This document shows, in pieces, positions 9,259 to 17,211 of a stretch of 64,000 bases of DNA. Source of the DNA: Candidatus Bathyarchaeia archaeon (GTDB lineage: Archaea; Thermoproteota; Bathyarchaeia; Bathyarchaeales; Bathycorpusculaceae); contig JBEKOM010000001.1 in NCBI GenBank assembly GCA_049521795.1, positions 544,001 to 608,000 on the forward strand. Direction: 5' to 3'. The translations under genes were made by a program, and so were the position numbers. The stretch's first letter is position 1. Each line of letters opens with the position of its first letter. Under the pieces are notes generated by a model, which saw only the letters and a list, made by a program, of their open reading frames with translations, made no database searches and had not been told where the DNA came from.

Positions 9259-9286
9259 GGTTTGGGGCAGAGTTTTATCCAACCAA
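9259..9286 (+). repeat. Imperfect 11-6-11 palindromic site, copy 3 (GGTTTGGGGCA GAGTTT TATCCAACCAA)
   Basis: Starts 7 nt after the DUF4760-like stop codon. Confidence 0.75.
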
Positions 9287-9392
9287 CCACAAACTACCGA
9301 CCACTGACCACTCTCAACTACTACCCTTACACCTACCTATGCCTACCTACCCATATACAACGCACACGGAGTGAGAGTGAGTGAAGGGCGCG

Positions 9393-9683
9393 TTAGTGTT
9401 TACACTTAGAAAGAATACTATTGACTTCCTCTAAGCTGACATCTCTAATCAGAATTTTCTTCTGCTTTGAAGTAAAACCAGAAATAATTTCACCTTTCTT
9501 CTTGAAAATCCTTGAAAGTTCCTTTATCAACTCTCTATTAACCTTACCTTTTACTGGAGACTCTTTACAATGCACCACAAGTTCATCATCTTCGATCTCA
9601 ATTTTGAATTCTCTCGAGTCTGGCTTAGCGTAGACATTCAGGACTACTCCTTGGTCCGTTTTCAACAGTTTCATTGTTGACAC
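9393..9683 (-). CDS. DUF167 / UPF0235 (YggU-like) protein
   Basis: LNVYAKP, PVKGKVNRELIKELS, IISGFTSKQK motifs. Confidence 0.9.
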   Translation of the reverse strand: MSTMKLLKTDQGVVLNVYAKPDSREFKIEIEDDELVVHCKESPVKGKVNRELIKELSRIFKKKGEIISGFTSKQKKILIRDVSLEEVNSILSKCKH

Positions 9684-9769
9684 AACTTTCTAGTTTCTTG
9701 TTTCTAAATTTGAATGGCTACTTTTAAATATGCGTGCGCCCTCGCTGATACAGGTTCAAGGGATACGTA

Positions 9770-10210
9770 ATGCCCAAGCAGGAAAAGGGAAAGTCGCATC
9801 AGACGAGGCCTGTCGGCAAGCGGCCTCCGAGCTGGTGCAAGTATCAGCCTGAGGAAGTGGAAGCCTTCATCGTCAAGCTGGGCAAGGAGGGGCATTCGCC
9901 GAGCAGGATAGGGACGATCCTGAGGGACCAGCAATCGGTTCCTTTGTCGAAGGCGATAACCGGCAAGAGAGTCTTAAAGGTGCTCAGGGAGAACGAATTG
10001 GCTCCATCCTTACCTGAGGACTTGGCAAGTCTGCTTAAGAAGGCTCACAGTCTGGGGCTTCACTTGGAGAAGAACAGGACCGACCTTTACAACAGAAGGG
10101 CGCTTCAGCTGATTGAAGCGAAGATCCACAAGCTCTCCAGGTACTATAAGCGTGAAGGTCTCTTGCCGCCCGCGTGGAAGTACGAACCCAAAATAGCTTC
10201 AATAACCTGA
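9770..10210 (+). CDS. rps15: 30S ribosomal protein S15 (uS15, archaeal S13e-like)
   Basis: GKSHQTRP, PSRIGTILRDQ, LPEDL, LIEAKIHKLSRYYK, WKY. Confidence 0.97.
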   Translation: MPKQEKGKSHQTRPVGKRPPSWCKYQPEEVEAFIVKLGKEGHSPSRIGTILRDQQSVPLSKAITGKRVLKVLRENELAPSLPEDLASLLKKAHSLGLHLEKNRTDLYNRRALQLIEAKIHKLSRYYKREGLLPPAWKYEPKIASIT

Positions 10211-10308
10211 ACACTCCCTTATTCCAAGCGCTTTCCAACAAACATATCTGCTAGCGGCCGCCGGAATGTGCAGTTTAAATCCTTAAATAACTGGGTTCCT
10301 AGCCTAAA

Positions 10309-11772
10309 GTGATTGTCATGGCCTCAGCTTTCGAAGATCAGGCCGCAGGTTTTTTAGGATTGGCTGAAAGTGCAGCCAAAACAATCTCAGAAACTGCCAG
10401 GCAAGACGGGTTGATACACGTTTTCTCGCACTTGGACGCTGACGGGATTGCCGCAGCCGGAATCATAGGAAAAGCGTTGTTGAGGCAGGACGCGAAGTTT
10501 CGAATCCGAATAACCCAGTGGATAGAGGACAAAATCGTCGGCGAGGTTCTTTCAGACAAGCCTCAGCTCATAATCTTCACTGACCTGGGAAGCGGCTACG
10601 TTGACCTGCTCAACCAGAAACTTCCAGACTTCAAAATCGTGATCTTGGACCATCATCAAATCGTCGGCAAAGAGTCAGACAACATTGTCCACGTGAACCC
10701 TCATCTGCAAGGCGTTGATGGGGCCAGAGACATCAGCGGTTCCGGCGTTGCCTACTTCGTGGCTAAGGCTCTGGACAAAGTGAACGTTGACCTATCGCCC
10801 GTCGCTGTCGTCGGCGCCCTCGGAGATCTGCAGGACAAGTATGACCAGCGCATGCTAAAGGGGCTGAATGAAAAGATCGTTGAGGACGCAACAAACTCTG
10901 GTCTCCTGACCGTTGACAAAGACCTTATTTTCTTCGGAAGAGAAACTCGGCCAATCATCAGAGCCTTGGCTTCGACGACAAATCCCTTCATCCCGGACAT
11001 AAGCGGCGACGAGAACAACAGCCTTGCTTTCCTGAAAAGCTTAGGCATTGAGCCAAAGGTTGGGGACAAGTGGCGCGCCCTGAGGGACCTCTCGGAAGAA
11101 GAAAAGAAACGTTTGTGCTCAAAGTTGGCCGACCACCTGGTTTCGAAAGGCCTGCACTACGAGGTGTCGAGCCTCATCGGACACGTTTACATCCTGTGCA
11201 GTGAGGAGCCTTGGACCCCGCTCAGGGACGCCCGTGAGTTTGCCGTCTTGTTGAACGCGACAGGGCGAATGGACAAGGCTGGTCTCGGAGTGGCCGTCTG
11301 CATGGGTGACAGGGGTTCAGCGCTCGAAGAAGCCAACAGAGTGCTTGAGGATTACCGAAGAACCATAAACAAGTACCTCGGCTGGGTGATGGAGAAGCCT
11401 GAAAGAATGAAGGAGTTCGAAAACATATACGTCGTTTACGGGGAAGACTTTATCAACGACAAGATGGTGGGAGCGATCTCGTCTATACTGACTTCAAGCC
11501 TTCCAAACCCGGAGAAACCCTTGATCGCTTACGCAAACCTGCAGGACGAAGGAATCGCAAAAATCTCGGCTAGAACCATGGACACCGTCATAAACAGAGG
11601 CGTTAACCTGGGCGAAGTGATGCAGGTTGCCGCCGAAAAATTCCATGGAAACGGCGGTGGACATAACATAGCCGCAGGTGCGCAGGTCTCGATAGGAAAC
11701 GTCGGCGACTTCATAAAAACTGTGAACGAACTCGTCGGCAAACAGCTCAAGGGCGAGAAGATTGGAAGCTGA
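10309..11772 (+). CDS. DHH family phosphoesterase (RecJ-like)
   Basis: HLDADG, FTDLGSG, LDHH, GGGHNIAAG; conserved position after rps15. Confidence 0.93.
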   Translation: MIVMASAFEDQAAGFLGLAESAAKTISETARQDGLIHVFSHLDADGIAAAGIIGKALLRQDAKFRIRITQWIEDKIVGEVLSDKPQLIIFTDLGSGYVDLLNQKLPDFKIVILDHHQIVGKESDNIVHVNPHLQGVDGARDISGSGVAYFVAKALDKVNVDLSPVAVVGALGDLQDKYDQRMLKGLNEKIVEDATNSGLLTVDKDLIFFGRETRPIIRALASTTNPFIPDISGDENNSLAFLKSLGIEPKVGDKWRALRDLSEEEKKRLCSKLADHLVSKGLHYEVSSLIGHVYILCSEEPWTPLRDAREFAVLLNATGRMDKAGLGVAVCMGDRGSALEEANRVLEDYRRTINKYLGWVMEKPERMKEFENIYVVYGEDFINDKMVGAISSILTSSLPNPEKPLIAYANLQDEGIAKISARTMDTVINRGVNLGEVMQVAAEKFHGNGGGHNIAAGAQVSIGNVGDFIKTVNELVGKQLKGEKIGS

Positions 11773-12010
11773 AATAACGCTGGAATACGAAGATGTGCGA
11801 CTTGCCGAGGCTGTTGCTAAAGCAGTTTCGCCTGACAACCTAAAAACGCCGAGGGGTTTGTCCATCAAAACAGCGTGGCAGGCAAAAAGAGTAATGACTC
11901 ACATAAAATACCATGGAAAGCTCGCAACATTCATCGCCACAATCGACGACCTTCTCTTTTGCGCATCAACAGCAGAAAAAGCTCTTCAAACGGCAAGAAA
12001 TCTTGAGTGA
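11762..12010 (+). CDS. pcc1: KEOPS complex subunit Pcc1
   Basis: AV-x-PDN and ATIDDLL motifs; canonical neighbourhood. Confidence 0.85.
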   Translation: MEAEITLEYEDVRLAEAVAKAVSPDNLKTPRGLSIKTAWQAKRVMTHIKYHGKLATFIATIDDLLFCASTAEKALQTARNLE

Positions 12011-12227
12011 GACTCTTCGGGGCCAAGGTCGTCTCCAGCTTATTGAATGTGCTTGGCGCGCGCAATATCAACGGATTTTTGAGCTCATCTGGTTGTGCAT
12101 GGTGTTCGGTAGACGAACAGTATGGTCTCGTTTTTCATGCGTCCATATAAGATTGCTTATGTAGATTGTAGGCACTAACCTATCAGACCTATAAGAAACA
12201 ACGGATATAGATAGACTCGGTAAGAAT

Positions 12228-12287
12228 ATGCCAAAGAAAAGAGCACACGCAGGACTCAAGAAGAAGAAGAAACATCAAGAAACATAA
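12228..12287 (+). CDS. Possible 19-aa lysine-rich peptide (MPKKRAHAGLKKKKKHQET)
   Basis: Translated by hand; CTATAAG TATA-like element about 38 nt upstream. Confidence 0.3.
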   Translation: MPKKRAHAGLKKKKKHQET

Positions 12288-12438
12288 TCGACGCACCGCG
12301 CTAATAGAATGAGAACAATATCGCCTCCATCACTCGACTGTTAACAGGAAGAACCGTCACCCGCCAAGTTACTAGAACCCTTTATCATAAGGTTAAATAG
12401 CTAATTCAAGGCTAGACCTAAAGGCTGCGAGTGAAAGC

Positions 12439-13728
12439 ATGCTGGATATCAAACTGATTCGCGAAAGCCCTGAACTCGTGAGGAACAACCTGAGGAAGAG
12501 GGCTGACCCTGACAACCTGAAGATGCTCGATGAACTAATCGACTTCGACAGAAAATGGCGCCAGTACCTGACAGAGTTGAACGACCTTCGCCACGAAAGG
12601 AGACAGGTAACAGCGAAGATTGCTGAGGCCAAAAAGAAAGGAACGGATTCAAGCAGCGAGATGTTGAAAGCAAAAGATGTTGATGCCAAGATCACGAAAC
12701 TGGAAAAACAAGTGACAGAGTGCGAAGAGAAGGTTCACGGCTACCTGATGCGCCTTCCAAACCTTCTGCACGAAACTGTTCCACTTGGCAAGGACGAGAA
12801 TGACAATGTCGAAATAAGAAAGTGGGGCAACATACCCAAATTCGCTTTTCAAGTGAAGGATCACATGGACCTAGGCCTAAACCTCCACATAGTTGATATT
12901 GAAAGAGCGGGAAAGATTGCTGGAGCCCGCTTCTTCTACCTGAGAGGAGACGCGGTTCTCCTCGACATGGCTCTGGTCAACTTTGCCTTGGAAGAGATAG
13001 GCAAGAAAGGCTACACGCCGATAGAACCGCCTTTCCTCATGAGACGAAGACCGTACGAAGGCGTCGTGGCCCTGAGCGACTTCGAAGATGTGCTCTACAG
13101 GGTTGAGGGCGAAGACCTGTATCTGATCGCAACTTCTGAGCATCCGATGGCAGCGATGTTCATGGACGAGGTGCTGAAAGCTGAGGACTTGCCGCTGAAG
13201 CTTGTCGGTGTGAGCACAAACTTTAGGAAAGAGGCAGGTGCACACGGCAAGGACACCCGCGGCATATTCCGGACGCACCAGTTCAACAAGGTTGAACAGT
13301 TTGTTTTCAGCAGGCCCGAAGATTCATGGACAATTCATGAGGAACTCATACGCAACGCTGAGGAGCTTGTGCAAAAACTCGGGTTGCCTTACCGAGTTGT
13401 CAATGTTTGCACGTCGGACATGGGCACGGTTGCGGCGAAGAGATACGATGTTGAAGTTTGGATGCCCGCGCAAAATGCGTACAGGGAAGTGATCTCGTGC
13501 AGCAACGACACAGACTATCAGGCTCGAAGGCTAAACATAAGGTACAGGGAAAAGGAAGGTGCAGCGCCAAAGGGGTTCGTGCACACCTTGAACTCAACAG
13601 CCTTGGCCACCGGCAGAACTATCGTTGCGATAATCGAAAACTATCAACAGAAGGACGGGTCTGTGATCGTCCCAGAAGCATTGAGAAAGTACATGGGCGG
13701 CATCAAGAAAATGGCTCCAAAGCGGTAA
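12439..13728 (+). CDS. serS: Serine--tRNA ligase
   Basis: MLDIKLIRE, LIATSEHP, FRKEAG, FRTHQFNKVE, REVISCSN, HTLNST. Confidence 0.98.
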   Translation: MLDIKLIRESPELVRNNLRKRADPDNLKMLDELIDFDRKWRQYLTELNDLRHERRQVTAKIAEAKKKGTDSSSEMLKAKDVDAKITKLEKQVTECEEKVHGYLMRLPNLLHETVPLGKDENDNVEIRKWGNIPKFAFQVKDHMDLGLNLHIVDIERAGKIAGARFFYLRGDAVLLDMALVNFALEEIGKKGYTPIEPPFLMRRRPYEGVVALSDFEDVLYRVEGEDLYLIATSEHPMAAMFMDEVLKAEDLPLKLVGVSTNFRKEAGAHGKDTRGIFRTHQFNKVEQFVFSRPEDSWTIHEELIRNAEELVQKLGLPYRVVNVCTSDMGTVAAKRYDVEVWMPAQNAYREVISCSNDTDYQARRLNIRYREKEGAAPKGFVHTLNSTALATGRTIVAIIENYQQKDGSVIVPEALRKYMGGIKKMAPKR

Positions 13729-13778
13729 AACTTTTAATACTATGTTGTGAACTTTGAAGCTGCATTCGGAGGGTAAGA

Positions 13779-14387
13779 GTGTCCTCAAAGACGAAGCGTG
13801 TGCGCGATAAGTGGCGGGGCAAGCAATGGTACATGGTGTTGTCTCCACCGTACTTTGGAAACGTTGAGCTGGGAGGAGTACCAGCTGACGAGCCGGAAAA
13901 ACTGATCGGAAGAGTCGTTGACTCAACGCTCTACGACATTACGAACGACTTTGCCCATCAGTACATGAAGATGCGCTTCCAAATAACCGAGGTTGACGGC
14001 AAAATTGCCAAGACAATATTCAAGGGACATGAATACTCCCGAGACTACTTGCGCAGTCTTGTAAGAAGACGGACGACTAAAGTTGACGGCTTGTTCGGTG
14101 TTACAACGAAAGACGGGTACAGGCTGCGAGTGGCTGTTAGCGCTTTTACGCTTTCAAGGATCAAGACGTCTCAAGAGAAAGTTCTGCGCGCAATCATGAA
14201 CAGGATCATAAAGGAAAAGGCCGCGGCGCTTACGATGGACCAAGTTGCGCAGGAGATGGTGTTGGGAAAGATAGCTTCGGACATTTACAACGAAGCCAAG
14301 AAGATTGCTCCGTTGCGCCACGTAGGCATCAGAAGCTCCAAAGTCGTGACGCAACTGGCTAAGGCGCAGGCGGCAGAGGCTAAGTAG
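13779..14387 (+). CDS. rps3ae: 30S ribosomal protein S3Ae (eS1)
   Basis: DKWRGKQWY, GRVVDSTLYDIT, RDYLRSLVRR, IAPLR. Confidence 0.97.
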   Translation: MSSKTKRVRDKWRGKQWYMVLSPPYFGNVELGGVPADEPEKLIGRVVDSTLYDITNDFAHQYMKMRFQITEVDGKIAKTIFKGHEYSRDYLRSLVRRRTTKVDGLFGVTTKDGYRLRVAVSAFTLSRIKTSQEKVLRAIMNRIIKEKAAALTMDQVAQEMVLGKIASDIYNEAKKIAPLRHVGIRSSKVVTQLAKAQAAEAK

Positions 14388-14930
14388 CTACGCGGCGAGT
14401 GTTTTCCCGTATTCGTAGCCTTTTTCGAAAGCCGTCAGGTTCAGTTCTTCGGTGCCCTTAGGTATGTTCTCTTTGATCGATTCTTTGACGGCGTTTTCGT
14501 CCAGCAGTCTTGTGATTGCAACGAGCGCGCCTAGCATGACGATGTTTGCGACTATTCTTCTGCCAAGTTCTTCTGCGATTTTGGTGGCCGGAACTCGGAA
14601 GACCCTGGTATTTTCTAGGTTCTTCTCCGTGGGAATCATGTCTGGATCTATGATCACCGTGCTGCTAGGCTTGACGTCTGCTGCGTACTCATTGTAGGCG
14701 TGTTGCGACATGAGGATCAAGATGTCGGGCTGAACCACTTTCGGAAAGTCTATCTCTTCTTCTGATATCACGACTTCAGACTTGCAGGCTCCGCCTCTTG
14801 ATTCTGGACCGTAAGACTGAGTTTGAACAGAGTTCTTTCCGGCGTGTATACTGGCTGCTGCGGCCACGATTATGCCTGACTTGATTATTCCTTGACCGCC
14901 GAAACCAGCAAACCTAACTTCAACTCGCAC
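14388..14930 (-). CDS. korC: 2-oxoacid:ferredoxin oxidoreductase gamma subunit
   Basis: AGFGGQG, QSYGPESRGG, NIVMLG. Confidence 0.92.
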   Translation of the reverse strand: MRVEVRFAGFGGQGIIKSGIIVAAAASIHAGKNSVQTQSYGPESRGGACKSEVVISEEEIDFPKVVQPDILILMSQHAYNEYAADVKPSSTVIIDPDMIPTEKNLENTRVFRVPATKIAEELGRRIVANIVMLGALVAITRLLDENAVKESIKENIPKGTEELNLTAFEKGYEYGKTLAA

Positions 14931-14931
14931 G

Positions 14932-15780
14932 TCAGCTCACTTTCTCCATCGCTTCTTCGTTTATCTTGGATATTTTCTCGTGGAGCATTCTCTCGTAACT
15001 GAGCTTCTCAACGTCCACAAACTCGCCGACTGCTATTCTTTCAGGCGTGATTTCCGCCTTTGAGGGGTCTGAGAAGCTGTCGATGACCGAGGCCTTCTTG
15101 AACCATCCCATCATCTCAAGACCTGACCGCATCTTGTTGTAGCGGCCGTATATCTCAGGACAGGGTGAAAGCACTTCGATGAAGCAGAAGCCCTTCTTCT
15201 GCAGCATCCTCTCGATCGACTGTGTCAGCCTTCGCACGTGCAGGGTCGTCCATCTGGCGACGTACGTAGCTCCAGACGCTGCTGCCAAGTGCACGAGGTT
15301 GAACGGGTGCTCGATGTTTCCATAGGGGCTCGTGGTCGTTATCGACTCAAGCGGGGTTGTCGGGCCCTGCTGTCCGCCTGTCATTCCGTAGTTCAAGTTG
15401 TTGGCGCAGAGGACCTTTATTCCTATGTTTCTTCGGGCGGCGTGTATGAAGTGGTTTCCGCCTATAGCGAAGAGGTCGCCGTCTCCACTTATCACCATGA
15501 CCTCCAATTCGGGGTTCGCGAGTTTTACTCCTGTCGCAAAGGCCAACGCGCGGCCGTGCGTCGTGTGGAACGAGTCCGCGTTTACGTAGCCGGCTGTTCG
15601 TCCGATGCAGCCGATGCCTGATACGACTATAAGCTTGTCTAGGTCGAACTTCAACTCGTCCAGTGCGTGAGCGAAGCAGTTGAGGACAACGCCGTTGCCG
15701 CAGCCTGTGCACCATATGTGTGGCATCATCTCGGCTCGGAGGTACTTTGAAAACGGATGCGTCATTTCCTGAACCATCAA
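14932..15780 (-). CDS. korB: 2-oxoacid:ferredoxin oxidoreductase beta subunit
   Basis: WCTGCG, SGIGC, HTTHGR, GDGD, NNLNYGMTGGQ (TPP binding). Confidence 0.94.
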   Translation of the reverse strand: MMVQEMTHPFSKYLRAEMMPHIWCTGCGNGVVLNCFAHALDELKFDLDKLIVVSGIGCIGRTAGYVNADSFHTTHGRALAFATGVKLANPELEVMVISGDGDLFAIGGNHFIHAARRNIGIKVLCANNLNYGMTGGQQGPTTPLESITTTSPYGNIEHPFNLVHLAAASGATYVARWTTLHVRRLTQSIERMLQKKGFCFIEVLSPCPEIYGRYNKMRSGLEMMGWFKKASVIDSFSDPSKAEITPERIAVGEFVDVEKLSYERMLHEKISKINEEAMEKVS

Positions 15781-16928
15781 GCAGCCCTCTTTATTGCGTC
15801 AAGAATCTCCGTTGGAGTGTGCGGTTCTTCCCCGAGCTTGGAGAGAAAAGTCACGGGCGTTTCTTTTGCTGCCCTTTCTACTTCTCGCACGAGCTGTCCG
15901 CAGTTCATCTCAGGAACGGCGATTGCTCGAACGTGCTGTGCGACTTTTGCCACGTGTTCTTCTGGAAACGGCCACAGCGTGATCAGGCGTAGCAATCCTG
16001 CCTTGATTCCTTTTTCTCTTGCCTTCCTTATGGCGCTCAACGCGGACCGCGCAACTATGCCGTACGCTACGACGGCGACATCCGCATCGTCGAGCATAAC
16101 TTCTTCAACTCTCACTATCCTGTCAGCGTTCTTCTGTATCTTTTCGCACAGCCTGTTGACCAGCCTTGTCTGGTCTTCAGAGCTTGAAGTCCTAGGATAA
16201 CCGCTCTCGTTGTGCGTTAAGCCCGTGGCATGGAAATGGTATCCCTCTCCGAAGCAGGCCATAGGCGGAACCAAATCGTCATCAGGCAAGAACGGCTTAT
16301 ACTCTTCCGGTGACACCGTCGGCTTCTTGCGGTTAACTATCCTCACCTTGTCCATCGGCGGAATGACCACTTTTTCCCACATGTGGCCAACGATCTCGTC
16401 GGCCATCAGGAGCGTCGGCACTCTGAACGTTTCAGAAAGGTTGAAAGCCTCAACCGTGAGGTCGAACATCTCCTGAACAGAAGAAGGCGTCAGCGCAATT
16501 ATACCATAGTCTCCATGCGAGCCCCATTTTGCCTGCATGACATCCTGCTGCCCAGGCATCGTTGGCTGTCCAGTGCTCGGTCCAGCTCGCATAACGTCCA
16601 CGATGACGCAAGGCGCTTCTGTCATAACGGCGAGTCCAATGTTTTCCTGCATCAGGCTAAAGCCCGGTCCAGAAGTGGCCGTCATCGCTTTCAAACCAGA
16701 ATATGAGGCGCCGATCACCGCCGCAAGCGAAGCGATCTCGTCTTCCATCTGTACGTAAATTCCGCCAAGCTCAGGCATCCTCATAGACAGGGTTTCCGCA
16801 ATCTCCGTTGCGGGTGTGATCGGGTAGCCCGCGAAAAACCGGCAGCCCGCAACAAGCGCGGCCTCAGCGCATGCTACGTCGCCGTTCAGGAAATGTGCGC
16901 CTGTCATTATGTTCTTAGCTTTTAGCAT
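15777..16928 (-). CDS. korA: 2-oxoacid:ferredoxin oxidoreductase alpha subunit
   Basis: AGYPITP, QMEDEIA, TATSGPGFSL, RAGPSTG, PEMNCGQ. Confidence 0.95.
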   Translation of the reverse strand: MLKAKNIMTGAHFLNGDVACAEAALVAGCRFFAGYPITPATEIAETLSMRMPELGGIYVQMEDEIASLAAVIGASYSGLKAMTATSGPGFSLMQENIGLAVMTEAPCVIVDVMRAGPSTGQPTMPGQQDVMQAKWGSHGDYGIIALTPSSVQEMFDLTVEAFNLSETFRVPTLLMADEIVGHMWEKVVIPPMDKVRIVNRKKPTVSPEEYKPFLPDDDLVPPMACFGEGYHFHATGLTHNESGYPRTSSSEDQTRLVNRLCEKIQKNADRIVRVEEVMLDDADVAVVAYGIVARSALSAIRKAREKGIKAGLLRLITLWPFPEEHVAKVAQHVRAIAVPEMNCGQLVREVERAAKETPVTFLSKLGEEPHTPTEILDAIKRAA

Positions 16929-17208
16929 GCTTCACGTCCTTCTCGTTTGGTTTTTCAACGACAAAAATCGCGAAATCTGGGCAGACCGCGGTGCAGAAGC
17001 CGCAGTTCATGCACTTGCTTTCGTCCACGACTCTCGGAGGGTGAACTCCCCTCGCGTTTATTTCATCAGATTCTTCCAGGACTTTCCGTGGGCAATACTC
17101 GATGCAGTAGCCGCATCCTTTGCACTCATCCTTGATCAGATGGATTTCTGTCTTCACCTGTTTTATCGTTTCTTTGTCTAGCGCGGCGTGCCGAATTCTT
17201 TCAGGCAT
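16915..17208 (-). CDS. korD: 2-oxoacid:ferredoxin oxidoreductase delta subunit (2x[4Fe-4S])
   Basis: CKGCGYCIEYCP and CMNCGFCTAVCPDFAI. Confidence 0.93.
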   Translation of the reverse strand: MPERIRHAALDKETIKQVKTEIHLIKDECKGCGYCIEYCPRKVLEESDEINARGVHPPRVVDESKCMNCGFCTAVCPDFAIFVVEKPNEKDVKHAKS

Positions 17209-17211
17209 GTG

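Noticed and set aside
8248-9286. Repeated sites considered as integron attC
   Set aside because: They lack RYYYAAC/GTTRRRY ends and are shorter than attC hairpins; kept as dif-like sites instead.
9770-14387. rps15-DHH-pcc1-serS-rps3ae cluster as a novelty
   Set aside because: Well-known conserved archaeal gene neighbourhood.
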